Positions 19,151 through 29,322 of a DNA stretch of 64,000 bases are shown here, one piece after another. Under the pieces are notes generated by a model. It ran no database searches, was not told the origin of the DNA, and worked only from the letters and a program-made list of their open reading frames with translations. Source of the stretch: Microcoleaceae cyanobacterium (GTDB taxonomy: Bacteria; Cyanobacteriota; Cyanobacteriia; Cyanobacteriales; Microcoleaceae); the NCBI GenBank assembly GCA_051652765.1, contig JBOFUV010000036.1, positions 1-64,000 of the forward strand, written 5' to 3'. Every line of letters begins with the position of its first letter. The first letter of the stretch is position 1. The translations under genes and the position numbers were made by a program.

Positions 19151-20599
19151 ATGCCAAAGCCCATTTCTGATCAGGTTCATCGACAGCAACGGAGTCGGCT
19201 CTTGAACCAGATCAAGTGCCAAGTTCAGCAGCATCGGATGCAGTCTCTCCATCGAACAGTTCTAACTGAGCTGGTTCAGGAAACTCCACCCCTGCGAATC
19301 CGTCGCACTTGGGACATTGAAGCAAAAGTGGGGAATCGCCCTAGCTTTCGGCTCAAGGCGGATGGAGGGATTCTTCCGATTTTTGATCGGATTGGGGGCA
19401 AGCTGCTGATATTAGGAGCCACGGGTTCAGGTAAAACAACAACTCTCATGGGATTGACCAAGGCTCTAGTCAGTCGAGCCCTCATTGATCGGGAAGAGCC
19501 CATCCCTGTATTACTCAACCTGAACACTTGGTCGAAGGATCAACCCATTGCGAACTGGATTGCAGAACAGCTTCAGGCGAAGTATGCGATTCCCCTTGAG
19601 ATCAGTTGGCATTGGCTAAATGAGTTACAACTTTTACCTTTGCTGGATGGGTTTGATGAGGTAGAGCCGGGTTGGCGGGATCTGTGTTTGCAAAATATTA
19701 ATGAACTCCTGATTGGGCATTTATGTCCGCTTCATCTGGTGGTTTGTAGTGAAACAGCCGCCTATAAAAGCTGTCAAAATCGCCTTCAACTCAATGGCGC
19801 AATCCTCCTGCGTCCCCTTTCTAAAAAACAGATTCGAGAGTATCTGATCAAGGCGAGAAGTCGAGAACTCTGGGTGAACATTGAAAGTGATCCTAACTTA
19901 ATGAACCTGGCAAAAAAACCCTTGTTTCTGAGTTTAATGGCCTTAACCGTTGAGGAGTTACTGATTGCATCCTGGAAACGATTAGATTCTCTAGAAGAAC
20001 AACGTCAGTATCTTTTTAATGCTTACATTCGTCGTCAGATCACCCAAAATCGTGAGCCATTATTCTCAGGTCAAAACTTATCAAGTCAGAACTTATCAAG
20101 TCAGAACTTAGGTAAACAGAGTCTAGGCAAACGAAATGCAGCGCCATCTCCTGAGCAATCCCGTCAATGGCTGTCCTGGTTGGCAAAACAGTTGGAGTCT
20201 GAAAACCGGACTGAGTTTTCACCCTATGAAATTCCTGCCCATTGGTTACAAACTTCTGATCAGGAAAAGACCTATTCTTTAGGGGTTAGGATTATTTCTG
20301 GGCTAGTTTGGTGGGGAATCGTGATTTGGATGGGGCTAGGGGCGATCGCCGGGTCAATGTTTGGCGTTTTATCAGGGGCGATCGCGGGGTTACTCTGGGC
20401 ACTTCTTTCTAAGTTGTTGCCAGTTAATGACTGGATTGAGGGGTTTGTTCTGCGGAGTATCCTGTCTTCAAGCGGGTATCTTCCCTGGCAATATCGCCAG
20501 TTTCTCAACGGCACAACTCAACGATTAATTTTACAAAAAGTGGGGAATCGTTATCAGTTTATTCATCGATTGTTACAACGACATTTTTCTCAATTATAG
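19151..20599 (+). CDS. NACHT-family STAND NTPase with C-terminal transmembrane segment
   Basis: Walker A GATGSGKT, PIPVLLNL, Walker B LLDGFDE, PLFL, Gly-rich TM stretch, YQFIHRLLQRHF end. Confidence 0.9.
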   Translation: MPKPISDQVHRQQRSRLLNQIKCQVQQHRMQSLHRTVLTELVQETPPLRIRRTWDIEAKVGNRPSFRLKADGGILPIFDRIGGKLLILGATGSGKTTTLMGLTKALVSRALIDREEPIPVLLNLNTWSKDQPIANWIAEQLQAKYAIPLEISWHWLNELQLLPLLDGFDEVEPGWRDLCLQNINELLIGHLCPLHLVVCSETAAYKSCQNRLQLNGAILLRPLSKKQIREYLIKARSRELWVNIESDPNLMNLAKKPLFLSLMALTVEELLIASWKRLDSLEEQRQYLFNAYIRRQITQNREPLFSGQNLSSQNLSSQNLGKQSLGKRNAAPSPEQSRQWLSWLAKQLESENRTEFSPYEIPAHWLQTSDQEKTYSLGVRIISGLVWWGIVIWMGLGAIAGSMFGVLSGAIAGLLWALLSKLLPVNDWIEGFVLRSILSSSGYLPWQYRQFLNGTTQRLILQKVGNRYQFIHRLLQRHFSQL

Positions 20600-20705
20600 A
20601 GTTACAGCAGCTTCTTAAAGGAATTGTAAAAGACGACTCTGATTTTTAAATTTTTAGCAAACTTAGTCAATTTCCCAGGAAATAATCGGGTTCTCTAAAG
20701 CACCC

Positions 20706-21518
20706 ATGATAGGATCAAAATTAAGCAGTTTATTAAACTCTTACACCTCAAGAATTATGTTCCGATTTTTTTGCTTAACTTCTATTTTGCTGCATGGTTT
20801 ATCTCTCTATTCGATGACCTATTTTTCATCCGTTGTCCCTGTTCATGCTGAAATTCAGTCAGGTGATTTCCCTCTACAACAGGCTAATCTCACCTTTCCT
20901 CCCACTGAGGATCGGGGAGCCCCTTCTCGGACTCGGGGTTCCGGCAGTCGTGGCCCCTGCGGAACTGCAGTTCGGGCAAAAGAGCCAGAGACACCTTTAA
21001 CGGCACTAATGCCCGCAAATAATGTCGGAACAACAGTCAGTTCCAATCCTGCGGTTTATTTGTACGTGCCCGAAACCTCCAGCAACTCTGCTGAGTTTGC
21101 TCTTTATAACTGGACAACCCGCGATCGCAACTCCGTTTACGAAGCTCAAGTTCCCTTGGCAGAGACCTCTGGAATTGTAAAAATCCCCTTACCAAACAGC
21201 GTGACTCTCGAACCCGAGAATACCTACGTCTGGGTTTTTAGCGTGGTTTGCAATCCAGAGGATCGGAGCCAGGATCAATATGTCAGTGGCTGGATCGAGC
21301 GGGTTTCCCTGAAATCAGAACAAGAGGCTACAATTGAACAGGCTCAACAACTTTCGGAGAAAGCTGCTCTTTACGCTTCTGCGGGAGTTTGGCATGAGGC
21401 GTTAGCGATTGTTGAGCAATTGCGACCTACCGATCCTAAGATCTGGGAAGAGTTGTTAGATTCAGTCGGACTAGGGCAAATCTCTGAGCAGAAAGTGACT
21501 GAGTGCTGTCAACAGTGA
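20706..21518 (+). CDS. DUF928 domain protein
   Basis: GAPSRTRGSGSRG, TVSSNPAVYLYVP, YVWVFSVVC, GWIERV, GVWHEAL, WEELLDSVGL. Confidence 0.9.
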   Translation: MIGSKLSSLLNSYTSRIMFRFFCLTSILLHGLSLYSMTYFSSVVPVHAEIQSGDFPLQQANLTFPPTEDRGAPSRTRGSGSRGPCGTAVRAKEPETPLTALMPANNVGTTVSSNPAVYLYVPETSSNSAEFALYNWTTRDRNSVYEAQVPLAETSGIVKIPLPNSVTLEPENTYVWVFSVVCNPEDRSQDQYVSGWIERVSLKSEQEATIEQAQQLSEKAALYASAGVWHEALAIVEQLRPTDPKIWEELLDSVGLGQISEQKVTECCQQ

Positions 21519-21600
21519 CCATTCCGTTGATTCCTAAACCCCAAGAGTCCCCTCGTCACTGGTACTCAATGTCCATCATTATTCGGTAGTAGGGGTGCTA

Positions 21601-23868
21601 ATGTATTCAACGGAGGGGTTTCGATCTTTTTTATGGAGATGGCGAGGGGTATGGATCAGCGCTCCATCCATTGCTGCTTTGGTGATCTTGCTGCGTTTGA
21701 CTGGAATTCTTCAGTTTTGGGAGTGGGGGGCCTACGATACTTACCTGCGCTACAGACCCTCTCAACCCCCTGAGAACCGCATTGTGATTGTGGGCATTGA
21801 TGAGGCCGATCTCCAGAATGTTGGACAAGCGATTATTCCTGATGGAGTCTATGCTGAGCTGATCAAGAAACTACGGGACATGCAACCGAGAGCCATTGGC
21901 TTGAATATTTACCGTGACTTGCCTGTTCCTCCGGGTCATAAAGAGCTGATGAAAGTTTTGGAAACAACTCCAAATCTCGTGGGGATTCAGAAAGTTGTGG
22001 GAGACGAACGGCAAGATGCGATCGCTCCTCCGCCTCCCTTGGCAGCACGGGGATTAGTGGGGGCAAGCGACCTAATTCTGGATGCTGACTATCGAGTGCG
22101 ACGGGGTTTGCTCTACCTGACAGACAATCAGGAACAGACCATTTTTAGCTTTGGTTTGTTGGTCGCTTTATTGTATCTCGAAGCAGAAGGCATTACCCCA
22201 GAAACCCTCGAAGGCACTGATCGTTGGCAACTGGGAGCTGAGGTGTTTGTGCCATTGAATCCCAGCGATGGCGGCTATGTAAAAGCAGACACCCAAGGGT
22301 ATCAGTTGCTCTTGAATTATCAAGGGGAGCGCGGTCACTTTGATATTGTCTCCCTGACGGATGTGTTGGAGGGTCAAGTTCCACCGGATTGGGGGCGAGA
22401 TCGAATTATCCTGATTGGTTCGGTGGGTGAAAGTTTGAGTGATCTATTTGCGACTCCCTATAGTGGAGGATGGCTCACCTATCTGGAGCCCATGGCAGGG
22501 GTAGAGATTCAAGCCCACCTCGCCAATCAAATTATCCGAGCGGCCAAGGGAGACACCGCGTTGATCCGAACGTGGTCAGATGTCCAAGAGATGATCTGGA
22601 TTGTAATCTGGTCAGGAATTGGGGCAATCTTTGCTTGGCAATGGCGATATACCTATGGCAAGTTTTTTTCCATGCCCCAAATCCTGCGGTTGGTGATCGC
22701 TGCGAGTGTTCTATTCTTCATCACCTACGTTGCGTTTTTGCAAGGATGGTGGATTCCGATTGTGCCACCTATGTTGGCGATGTTGGGATCAGCCCTGGCA
22801 ATTACGGGTTATATGGCTCACAAGGCCGGATTGATTCGGGAAACCTTTGGTCGTTATTTGAGCAATGAGGTCGTGGCTCAACTCTTGGAAAGTCAGAACC
22901 ATACGATGCTTGAAGCTCGCAGACAGCTCGTCACGATTTTGATTGCAGATCTGCGGGGTTTTACGGTGCTGGTAGAGCGTTCAACCCCGGAGAATGTGGT
23001 CAATATCCTAAACGTCTATTTGGAGCATATGTCCGCTGTCATTGCCCGCTATGAAGGGACGATTGACAAATACACCGGAGATGGCATTATGGTGATCTTC
23101 GGTGCCCCAACGTCCCACGAGGATGAACCTCAGCGCGTAGTCGCCTGTGCAATCGCCATGCAACTGGAGATGGAGCAAGTCAATCAGAAACTAAAAACCC
23201 TGAATTTTCCGACTCTAGAGATGGGAATTGGGATTAATACTGGGGAAGCGGTAGTCGGCAATATTGGCTCGAATGAACACATTGAGTACACTGCCATTGG
23301 TTATGAAGTTAACCTAGCTTTTCAAATTGAAGCCTGTGCCTTGGGGGGTCAGATTTTTATTTCAGAATTCACCCAAGAAGCCGTGGGCTCGGTTCATTTG
23401 AGAATTGATGGGGAAAAACAGATTTCTCCTCGGGGAACCAATCGACCCCTGACGATTTGTGAGGTCGGTGGTATTGGCGAACCCTACAATCTGTTTTTGC
23501 CAAAGGAAAATAATGTGCTGTTGTCGCTACAAAAAGAACTCCCGATTCAGTACTTTTTGCTGGAAGGGAAGCATACCACTAGTATTTTTTTTGAAGCTTA
23601 CTTGACTCAACTGTCACGCAAGGGCGCTGAAATCAGAATTGATCCGATCAAGGTGGCTCTAATGCCACCACTTCAGGGAGATATTAAGTTGCGGGTCTTA
23701 ACCCTGAGCCCACAGTTTTCGGCGAGTGACGAGGTGTATGGCAAGGTGATTAAAAATGTTCCTCATCAGAAACGGTTCTATGTTCGGTTTACCTTCAAAC
23801 CGCCTGTGGTGGAAACTTATCTGGATGCGGTTTATCGGTCATTGCAGCAAGGGGATTTGATCTATTAA
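21601..23868 (+). CDS. CHASE2 sensor - class III adenylate/guanylate cyclase
   Basis: RIVIVGIDEAD, MAGVEIQAH (CHASE2), three TMs, ADLRGFT, IDKYTGDG, GIGINTG. Confidence 0.92.
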   Translation: MYSTEGFRSFLWRWRGVWISAPSIAALVILLRLTGILQFWEWGAYDTYLRYRPSQPPENRIVIVGIDEADLQNVGQAIIPDGVYAELIKKLRDMQPRAIGLNIYRDLPVPPGHKELMKVLETTPNLVGIQKVVGDERQDAIAPPPPLAARGLVGASDLILDADYRVRRGLLYLTDNQEQTIFSFGLLVALLYLEAEGITPETLEGTDRWQLGAEVFVPLNPSDGGYVKADTQGYQLLLNYQGERGHFDIVSLTDVLEGQVPPDWGRDRIILIGSVGESLSDLFATPYSGGWLTYLEPMAGVEIQAHLANQIIRAAKGDTALIRTWSDVQEMIWIVIWSGIGAIFAWQWRYTYGKFFSMPQILRLVIAASVLFFITYVAFLQGWWIPIVPPMLAMLGSALAITGYMAHKAGLIRETFGRYLSNEVVAQLLESQNHTMLEARRQLVTILIADLRGFTVLVERSTPENVVNILNVYLEHMSAVIARYEGTIDKYTGDGIMVIFGAPTSHEDEPQRVVACAIAMQLEMEQVNQKLKTLNFPTLEMGIGINTGEAVVGNIGSNEHIEYTAIGYEVNLAFQIEACALGGQIFISEFTQEAVGSVHLRIDGEKQISPRGTNRPLTICEVGGIGEPYNLFLPKENNVLLSLQKELPIQYFLLEGKHTTSIFFEAYLTQLSRKGAEIRIDPIKVALMPPLQGDIKLRVLTLSPQFSASDEVYGKVIKNVPHQKRFYVRFTFKPPVVETYLDAVYRSLQQGDLIY

Positions 23869-23906
23869 TAACGCAGGAGACCAACCCAATATCCGATTTC
23901 TCTTGA

Positions 23907-24776
23907 TTACTGCACTACAAAACCCAGAACACAATAACGCAGTAGCCCCAAACGACTAAACTGCCCAATCAGCTTCGTAGCGTTGACTGCGTCAGAATTA
24001 CCAACTTGTTGAAAGATTTGGCAAATCAGGGGGTAGGTTGGCAACGTGTGGCGAGTAATATCCAATCTTGAAACCAAAGTAAACCCGCTTGCTTTTGCTA
24101 AATTTTGGTAATCTGCCAGCACAAACTGGCTATCGACCTGTCCATAGGTATGACCAATCGTGGGATTGGTAAACTTTAATAGCAGGTTACGAACCGGTGC
24201 GGGAATTGACACGGGAATAAAGTCAGAGATGGCGAGTCTGCCGCCGGTACGCAGAACACGCCGAGCTTCGTGAAAGAAATCAACCCGACTGGGAAAATGA
24301 AAAATGCATTCTACCGCTAACACCTTGTCAAATTCCCCATCCGTAAAAGGTAATTGACAGGCGTTCCCTTCAACAAACTCAATCTGGTTGGTTCCTTGAG
24401 GGTGAATTTCTTGTCTTGCCCGAGCCAGTTGGCGCGGATCAATATTCAAACCGACGAGCTGTAAATCTTGAAAATTTTCGTTCAGACTCGCCACTGTTCC
24501 CCCAAAGCCACAGCCCACATCTAACACGCGATCGCCCGTATTGATCTCAGCCGTTTGGTATACTTTTTGACATAGATGCTCGGCAGCAACCGAGAAATCC
24601 TGGACGGAACCGTCAGCTTGATTGGGATGTTCCCAATAGCCCCAATGCACATGCCGCCCAAAGACTTGTTGCATATCAGTATCCCCTAGATCAATCTGGC
24701 TAAGAATTGTATCAAAGTAGGGTAGTGAAACTGGGGTTGGGGCCATGACTGAGGGAGTAATCGATGAAGGATTCAT
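23907..24776 (-). CDS. SAM-dependent methyltransferase
   Basis: HVHWGYW, VLDVGCGFGG, VLAVECIFHF. Confidence 0.9.
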   Translation of the reverse strand: MNPSSITPSVMAPTPVSLPYFDTILSQIDLGDTDMQQVFGRHVHWGYWEHPNQADGSVQDFSVAAEHLCQKVYQTAEINTGDRVLDVGCGFGGTVASLNENFQDLQLVGLNIDPRQLARARQEIHPQGTNQIEFVEGNACQLPFTDGEFDKVLAVECIFHFPSRVDFFHEARRVLRTGGRLAISDFIPVSIPAPVRNLLLKFTNPTIGHTYGQVDSQFVLADYQNLAKASGFTLVSRLDITRHTLPTYPLICQIFQQVGNSDAVNATKLIGQFSRLGLLRYCVLGFVVQ

Positions 24777-24880
24777 CCATCTTAGAAGGAATCGGGGACT
24801 TAAGCTGATTCAGTTAGGGAGAGCATCTCGCGTTAGGATGATTTCTAAGGCAAATCATGAGAATTGGCTAAGCAAGAAAA

Positions 24881-25897
24881 ATGCAGACGGAGCAATCCTC
24901 AACAGACCCCATAGCAAACCGGGCGGCCACCCTGAATTCTTTCCCCTTGATGGGATGTGGGACTTGGGCTTGGGGAAACCGCCTGTTGTGGGGCTACGAC
25001 GAGAGCATGGATCAGCAGTTGCAACGGGTGTTTAACCTCTGCGTAGAACGGGGAGTCACGTTGTTTGACACAGGAGATTCCTACGGAACCGGAAAATTAA
25101 ACGGACGGAGTGAGATCTTGTTGGGAACGTTTGCCCAAGCCTACTCTGGCATACATCAGGACGATATTTGTATTGCGACCAAGCTTGCGGCCTATCCTTG
25201 GCGCTTAACCCCTCAGTCCATGGTGTCAGCCTGTCGGGCTTCGAAGGAACGGCTGGGGCGCAAGGTGGATTTGGTTCAAATGCATTGGTCTACCGCAAAT
25301 TATGCCCCCTGGCAGGAGAATGCCTTGTTAAATGGGTTAATCGCTGCCTGTGAAGCGGGTTTGGCAACTCGGGTGGGATTGTCGAACTATGGGCCTCAAC
25401 GGTTAAAACAAGTCCATCAACACTTTACCGACCGGGGTATTTTGATCTCAACCTTACAGGTGCAATATTCCTTGCTATCAACTTATCCAGTTACAGAACT
25501 GAGGTTGAAGGCCATCTGCGATGAACTGGGCATTCAGTTAATTGCCTACAGCCCTTTAGCCTTGGGATTGCTTACCGGCAAATACTCTCAAACTAGCCCG
25601 CTTCCCAAGGGAATTCGGGGATTCCTGTTTAGACAGTTGCTCCCTGGAATTCAGCCGATGTTGAATTGTTTGCGAGAGATTGCCGAATTCAAACAAAAAA
25701 CCCTGTCCCAGGTGGCTCTAAATTGGTGTATTGGGAAAGGGACAATCCCCATTCCAGGCGCAAAAACGGTAGAACAGGCCCAGGAAAATATCGGGGCTTT
25801 AGGATGGCAACTGGACTCAGGAGAAATGACTGCTTTGGATCAGGCCGCTGCTCAGTCTCCTAAAAAAATGATACAGAATATTTTTCAGACAAAGTAA
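24881..25897 (+). CDS. Aldo/keto reductase
   Basis: GCGTWAWG, FDTGDSYG, IATK, VGLSNY, AYSPLALG, IPGAKT. Confidence 0.93.
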   Translation: MQTEQSSTDPIANRAATLNSFPLMGCGTWAWGNRLLWGYDESMDQQLQRVFNLCVERGVTLFDTGDSYGTGKLNGRSEILLGTFAQAYSGIHQDDICIATKLAAYPWRLTPQSMVSACRASKERLGRKVDLVQMHWSTANYAPWQENALLNGLIAACEAGLATRVGLSNYGPQRLKQVHQHFTDRGILISTLQVQYSLLSTYPVTELRLKAICDELGIQLIAYSPLALGLLTGKYSQTSPLPKGIRGFLFRQLLPGIQPMLNCLREIAEFKQKTLSQVALNWCIGKGTIPIPGAKTVEQAQENIGALGWQLDSGEMTALDQAAAQSPKKMIQNIFQTK

Positions 25898-26001
25898 AGC
25901 TAAAACCTCTTACCGTCAATCTATTTGATAGCAATATCTGGGGCTAGCTCTTGTCAGGTTAAAAGGGTTATAAATAAGGTTAAAATCTCTTCACGTTGTT
26001 A

Positions 26002-29000
26002 ATGTCTAGAGTTGATCATCCTGATTTATCTCATATTCTGAGTCACCAGTCAGAGGCTGCCTTTGAGACTCTAGTTTCTTTGACGGCGCAGATCGCTCAG
26101 ACTCCAGTTGCCTTCCTCAGTTTTATCGACTCTACTCATCAATGGCTCAAATCTCAAGTTGGGTTTCAAGTTCAGGCCCGTCACTATCTTGACTTTTGTA
26201 ACTCTCTCCTCAATCTTCCGCTAGAAGGTGTTCAGCGAGACATAGATCAGGTGATCGATCCAGAGAATTTGAGTGTGACCTCTCACCCAATTCTGATTCC
26301 TGACACGCACCTTGACAGACGAGTGATTTGCCACTTTCTAGTGAGTCGAGAGCCTGCCATTCGCTTCTATGCAGGGATTCCAGTGGTTACACCTCAGGGC
26401 CAAAGCCTAGGACTGCTGTCTGTGATGGACTATGAGCCTCGAACCTTATCTAGAGAGAGTCTCTCGGTGCTACAAGGACTGGCTAACCAGATTAGTAATC
26501 AGATTGAACTCTGCCGCCAACTGTTTAACGCCAAGGATAAGTTGATTAAATTGGAGCGGGTTGTTGATGAACGCAAGCTGGTTTGGGAGGTTGTTCGTCA
26601 AGAGCGGGACTTTGTTTGTAATGTTCTTGATACGTTGAGCGCCCTCGTTGTTGTATTAGATGCTCAGGGTAGAATTGTTCGATTCAACCGCACCTGTGAA
26701 CAACTCACGGGGTACTCTTTGGAACAGGTTGAAGGAAAACTTCTGCAAGGGTTAGGGCTGCCGATTTTTGATCTCCCCTGGGAAGTTCTAGCGTCTTCGG
26801 ACAGTCGTTTAGAAGACCGTAATTTATTAGAAGACCGTAATTTAGAGGATAGCCGTTCAGAGAATGCTAGCGAACCGATGAGCTTGCAGGCTGCTTGGTT
26901 TCCTCAGGAGGCAGAAACAGAATGGATCAGCTCTAACGGAACTTGCCATTTGATTGCCTGGTCAAACACCGCACTTTTAAACCCTGAAGGTTCCCTCAAA
27001 TATGTGATTGCAGCGGGTCTAGATATCACAGAGCGTAAACGGTCTGAAGAAGCGTTACAGGAAAGTGAAGAACGCTATCGTCTGATCGCTGACAACTCAA
27101 CGGATTTGATTGCCCAGTATACTTGCAAGGGAGTTTACGGCTACGTTTCTCCAGCCAGCTCAGAACTGTTGGGCTATAGCCCAGACCAGCTAGTTGGGCA
27201 GTCAATCTACCAAATGGTTCATCCAGAGGATGTAAAACCCTTGGAGCAGTTTCATCAAGGGTTGATCGAAGTCGGAGAGTCGAATGCGATCTTCTATCGC
27301 TACCGTCATTACCAGGGACACTATCTGTGGTTTGAAACAACAGTGCATCCAGTCTATGACCCGGTCACAGGGGAAATCCAAGAACTGGTTGCGATTTCAC
27401 GGGATATCACCGAACGCAAGAAAACAGAAGCGTCTTTGATTGAGCGATCGCAGATCTCCTTGCTCGAAGCAGAAGTCGGAAAAGCCCTAGGACTTGGTCG
27501 CACTTTACCGGCGATTCTGAAGCAATGTGCCTCGGTCATTGACACTTACCTGGATGTTGTTTCTGTGACGATTTCTACCCTAAACTCTCAAACCAACCGG
27601 CTAGAACCTCAGGCGACCTGCGGTGAAACAATAGGGGATTCTGAGGTACAGATCCAAGCAGAAACCCTACTTAAATCCGAGTTTCCCTTAATTGCGGGAG
27701 AACATCTGGTAGGCATGATGATTCTACATAGACCTTCCCCCTGGTCTAAGCAGGCAAGACAAGGGTTGCAATCGATTTCAGGGGCGATCGCCGCCGGAAT
27801 TGATCGGGTACGAACTCGGGAAGATCTTCATCATCGGCGGGAGGGACTCCTGTTTCGTCTGGCCAATCAAATCCGTGAATCCTTGGATATTGATACAATT
27901 TTGACCACAACTGTCAATGAAATCCAGAGCGTTCTTCAAGTTGACCAATGTCACTTCCTGTGGTGTGTGCAAACTCCTGACCATCAGTCTCTATTCATGA
28001 TTACCCACGAGGCTCGTTCTCTAAAGCTCTCCCAGTTTTTACAAGACTATCCCCCGGATCAGGTTGGGGCATTTGCCACCCAAATTCAAAATCAAGAACC
28101 CTTGCAAATTGATAACGTTTCAACTCAAGGGGATTTTGAGGAGAGTACGCGAACACTATTGCAACAGCAGGGAATCTGCGCGACTCTGTTGCTGCCGTTG
28201 AGAACCCGATCAGAACAACAAGGTGCGATTATTTGCCATCGCTATTCTGAAACCTGTCAACCCTGGAGCACCAGTGAGGTTGAGCTATTGCGAGGAGTCG
28301 TTGATCAAGTCGCGATCGCCATCGACCAAGCCGAACTCTATGCCCAAACCCGTGCAGCAGCATTGGCAGCTCAGACCCAGGCGGCCCAACTCAGCCAAAC
28401 AATACAAGAGCTAAAGCAGAAAGAAACTCAACTCATTCAAAGTGAAAAAATGTCCAGCTTAGGACAAATGGTGGCTGGAGTTGCCCATGAAATTAATAAC
28501 CCAGTCAACTTTATTTACGGCAATCTCAAACCCGTTCGGGAGTATACCCAAGGGTTGTTGGACTTGCTCAAACTTTACCAGGAGCGTTACTCCGATTCTG
28601 GAGCCGCAATTGCTGAAAAAGTTGAAGAAATCGACTTAGAGTTTGTGGTAGATGATCTACCAAAAGTTCTTTCCTCAATGGAAGTTGGCACGAATCGGAT
28701 TCGGCAGATTGTGATTTCCCTCCGCAATTTCTCTCGATTGGATGAAGCAGAAATGAAGCCTGTAGACATTCATGAGGGCCTTGACAGTACCTTGTTGATT
28801 CTGCAAAATCGCCTGAAACCAAAACGAGGAGAAGACTCCGGCATTGAAATTGTCAAACACTATGGTCAACTTCCTCAAGTTGAATGCTATCCAGGGCAAC
28901 TCAACCAGGTATTCATGAATATTTTGAACAACGCCATGGACGCTTTAGATGAGCAAGATCGGCCAGGGATGATTACCATCACGACTGAAATTGCAGAAAC

Positions 29001-29274
29001 AAAATCTTCTATACTGTCTGACTTTACTCCCCATGTTCTGGTTCGCATTCAAGATAATGGCCCAGGAATGACAACAGAGGTGAGAAACAAACTATTCGAC
29101 CCCTTCTTTACCACTAAACCTGTTGGCAAGGGCACCGGGTTAGGGCTATCTATCAGCTACAAAATTATCGTTGAAAAGCATGGCGGGCAATTGATCTGTT
29201 TTTCAGAACCTGGGAAAGGAGCTGAATTTCAAGTGCAAATTCCGATCCATCATCAGCATGAAATTGAAGACTAA
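26002..29274 (+). CDS. Multi-sensor histidine kinase (GAF-PAS-PAS-GAF-GAF-HisKA-HATPase)
   Basis: RFYAGIP, DITERK x2, AHEINNP, NQVFMN, DNGPG, DPFFTTK, GTGLGL. Confidence 0.95.
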   Translation: MSRVDHPDLSHILSHQSEAAFETLVSLTAQIAQTPVAFLSFIDSTHQWLKSQVGFQVQARHYLDFCNSLLNLPLEGVQRDIDQVIDPENLSVTSHPILIPDTHLDRRVICHFLVSREPAIRFYAGIPVVTPQGQSLGLLSVMDYEPRTLSRESLSVLQGLANQISNQIELCRQLFNAKDKLIKLERVVDERKLVWEVVRQERDFVCNVLDTLSALVVVLDAQGRIVRFNRTCEQLTGYSLEQVEGKLLQGLGLPIFDLPWEVLASSDSRLEDRNLLEDRNLEDSRSENASEPMSLQAAWFPQEAETEWISSNGTCHLIAWSNTALLNPEGSLKYVIAAGLDITERKRSEEALQESEERYRLIADNSTDLIAQYTCKGVYGYVSPASSELLGYSPDQLVGQSIYQMVHPEDVKPLEQFHQGLIEVGESNAIFYRYRHYQGHYLWFETTVHPVYDPVTGEIQELVAISRDITERKKTEASLIERSQISLLEAEVGKALGLGRTLPAILKQCASVIDTYLDVVSVTISTLNSQTNRLEPQATCGETIGDSEVQIQAETLLKSEFPLIAGEHLVGMMILHRPSPWSKQARQGLQSISGAIAAGIDRVRTREDLHHRREGLLFRLANQIRESLDIDTILTTTVNEIQSVLQVDQCHFLWCVQTPDHQSLFMITHEARSLKLSQFLQDYPPDQVGAFATQIQNQEPLQIDNVSTQGDFEESTRTLLQQQGICATLLLPLRTRSEQQGAIICHRYSETCQPWSTSEVELLRGVVDQVAIAIDQAELYAQTRAAALAAQTQAAQLSQTIQELKQKETQLIQSEKMSSLGQMVAGVAHEINNPVNFIYGNLKPVREYTQGLLDLLKLYQERYSDSGAAIAEKVEEIDLEFVVDDLPKVLSSMEVGTNRIRQIVISLRNFSRLDEAEMKPVDIHEGLDSTLLILQNRLKPKRGEDSGIEIVKHYGQLPQVECYPGQLNQVFMNILNNAMDALDEQDRPGMITITTEIAETKSSILSDFTPHVLVRIQDNGPGMTTEVRNKLFDPFFTTKPVGKGTGLGLSISYKIIVEKHGGQLICFSEPGKGAEFQVQIPIHHQHEIED

Positions 29275-29322
29275 ACTAAAAATACATCCTAAAATACATC
29301 TTATAAGAGTACATCTTACAAA

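Noticed and set aside
26002..29274. Kinase GAF domains as cyanobacteriochrome; no adjacent response regulator
   Set aside because: No bilin-binding Asp motif or correctly placed CH motif recognised; orphan kinases are common in cyanobacteria
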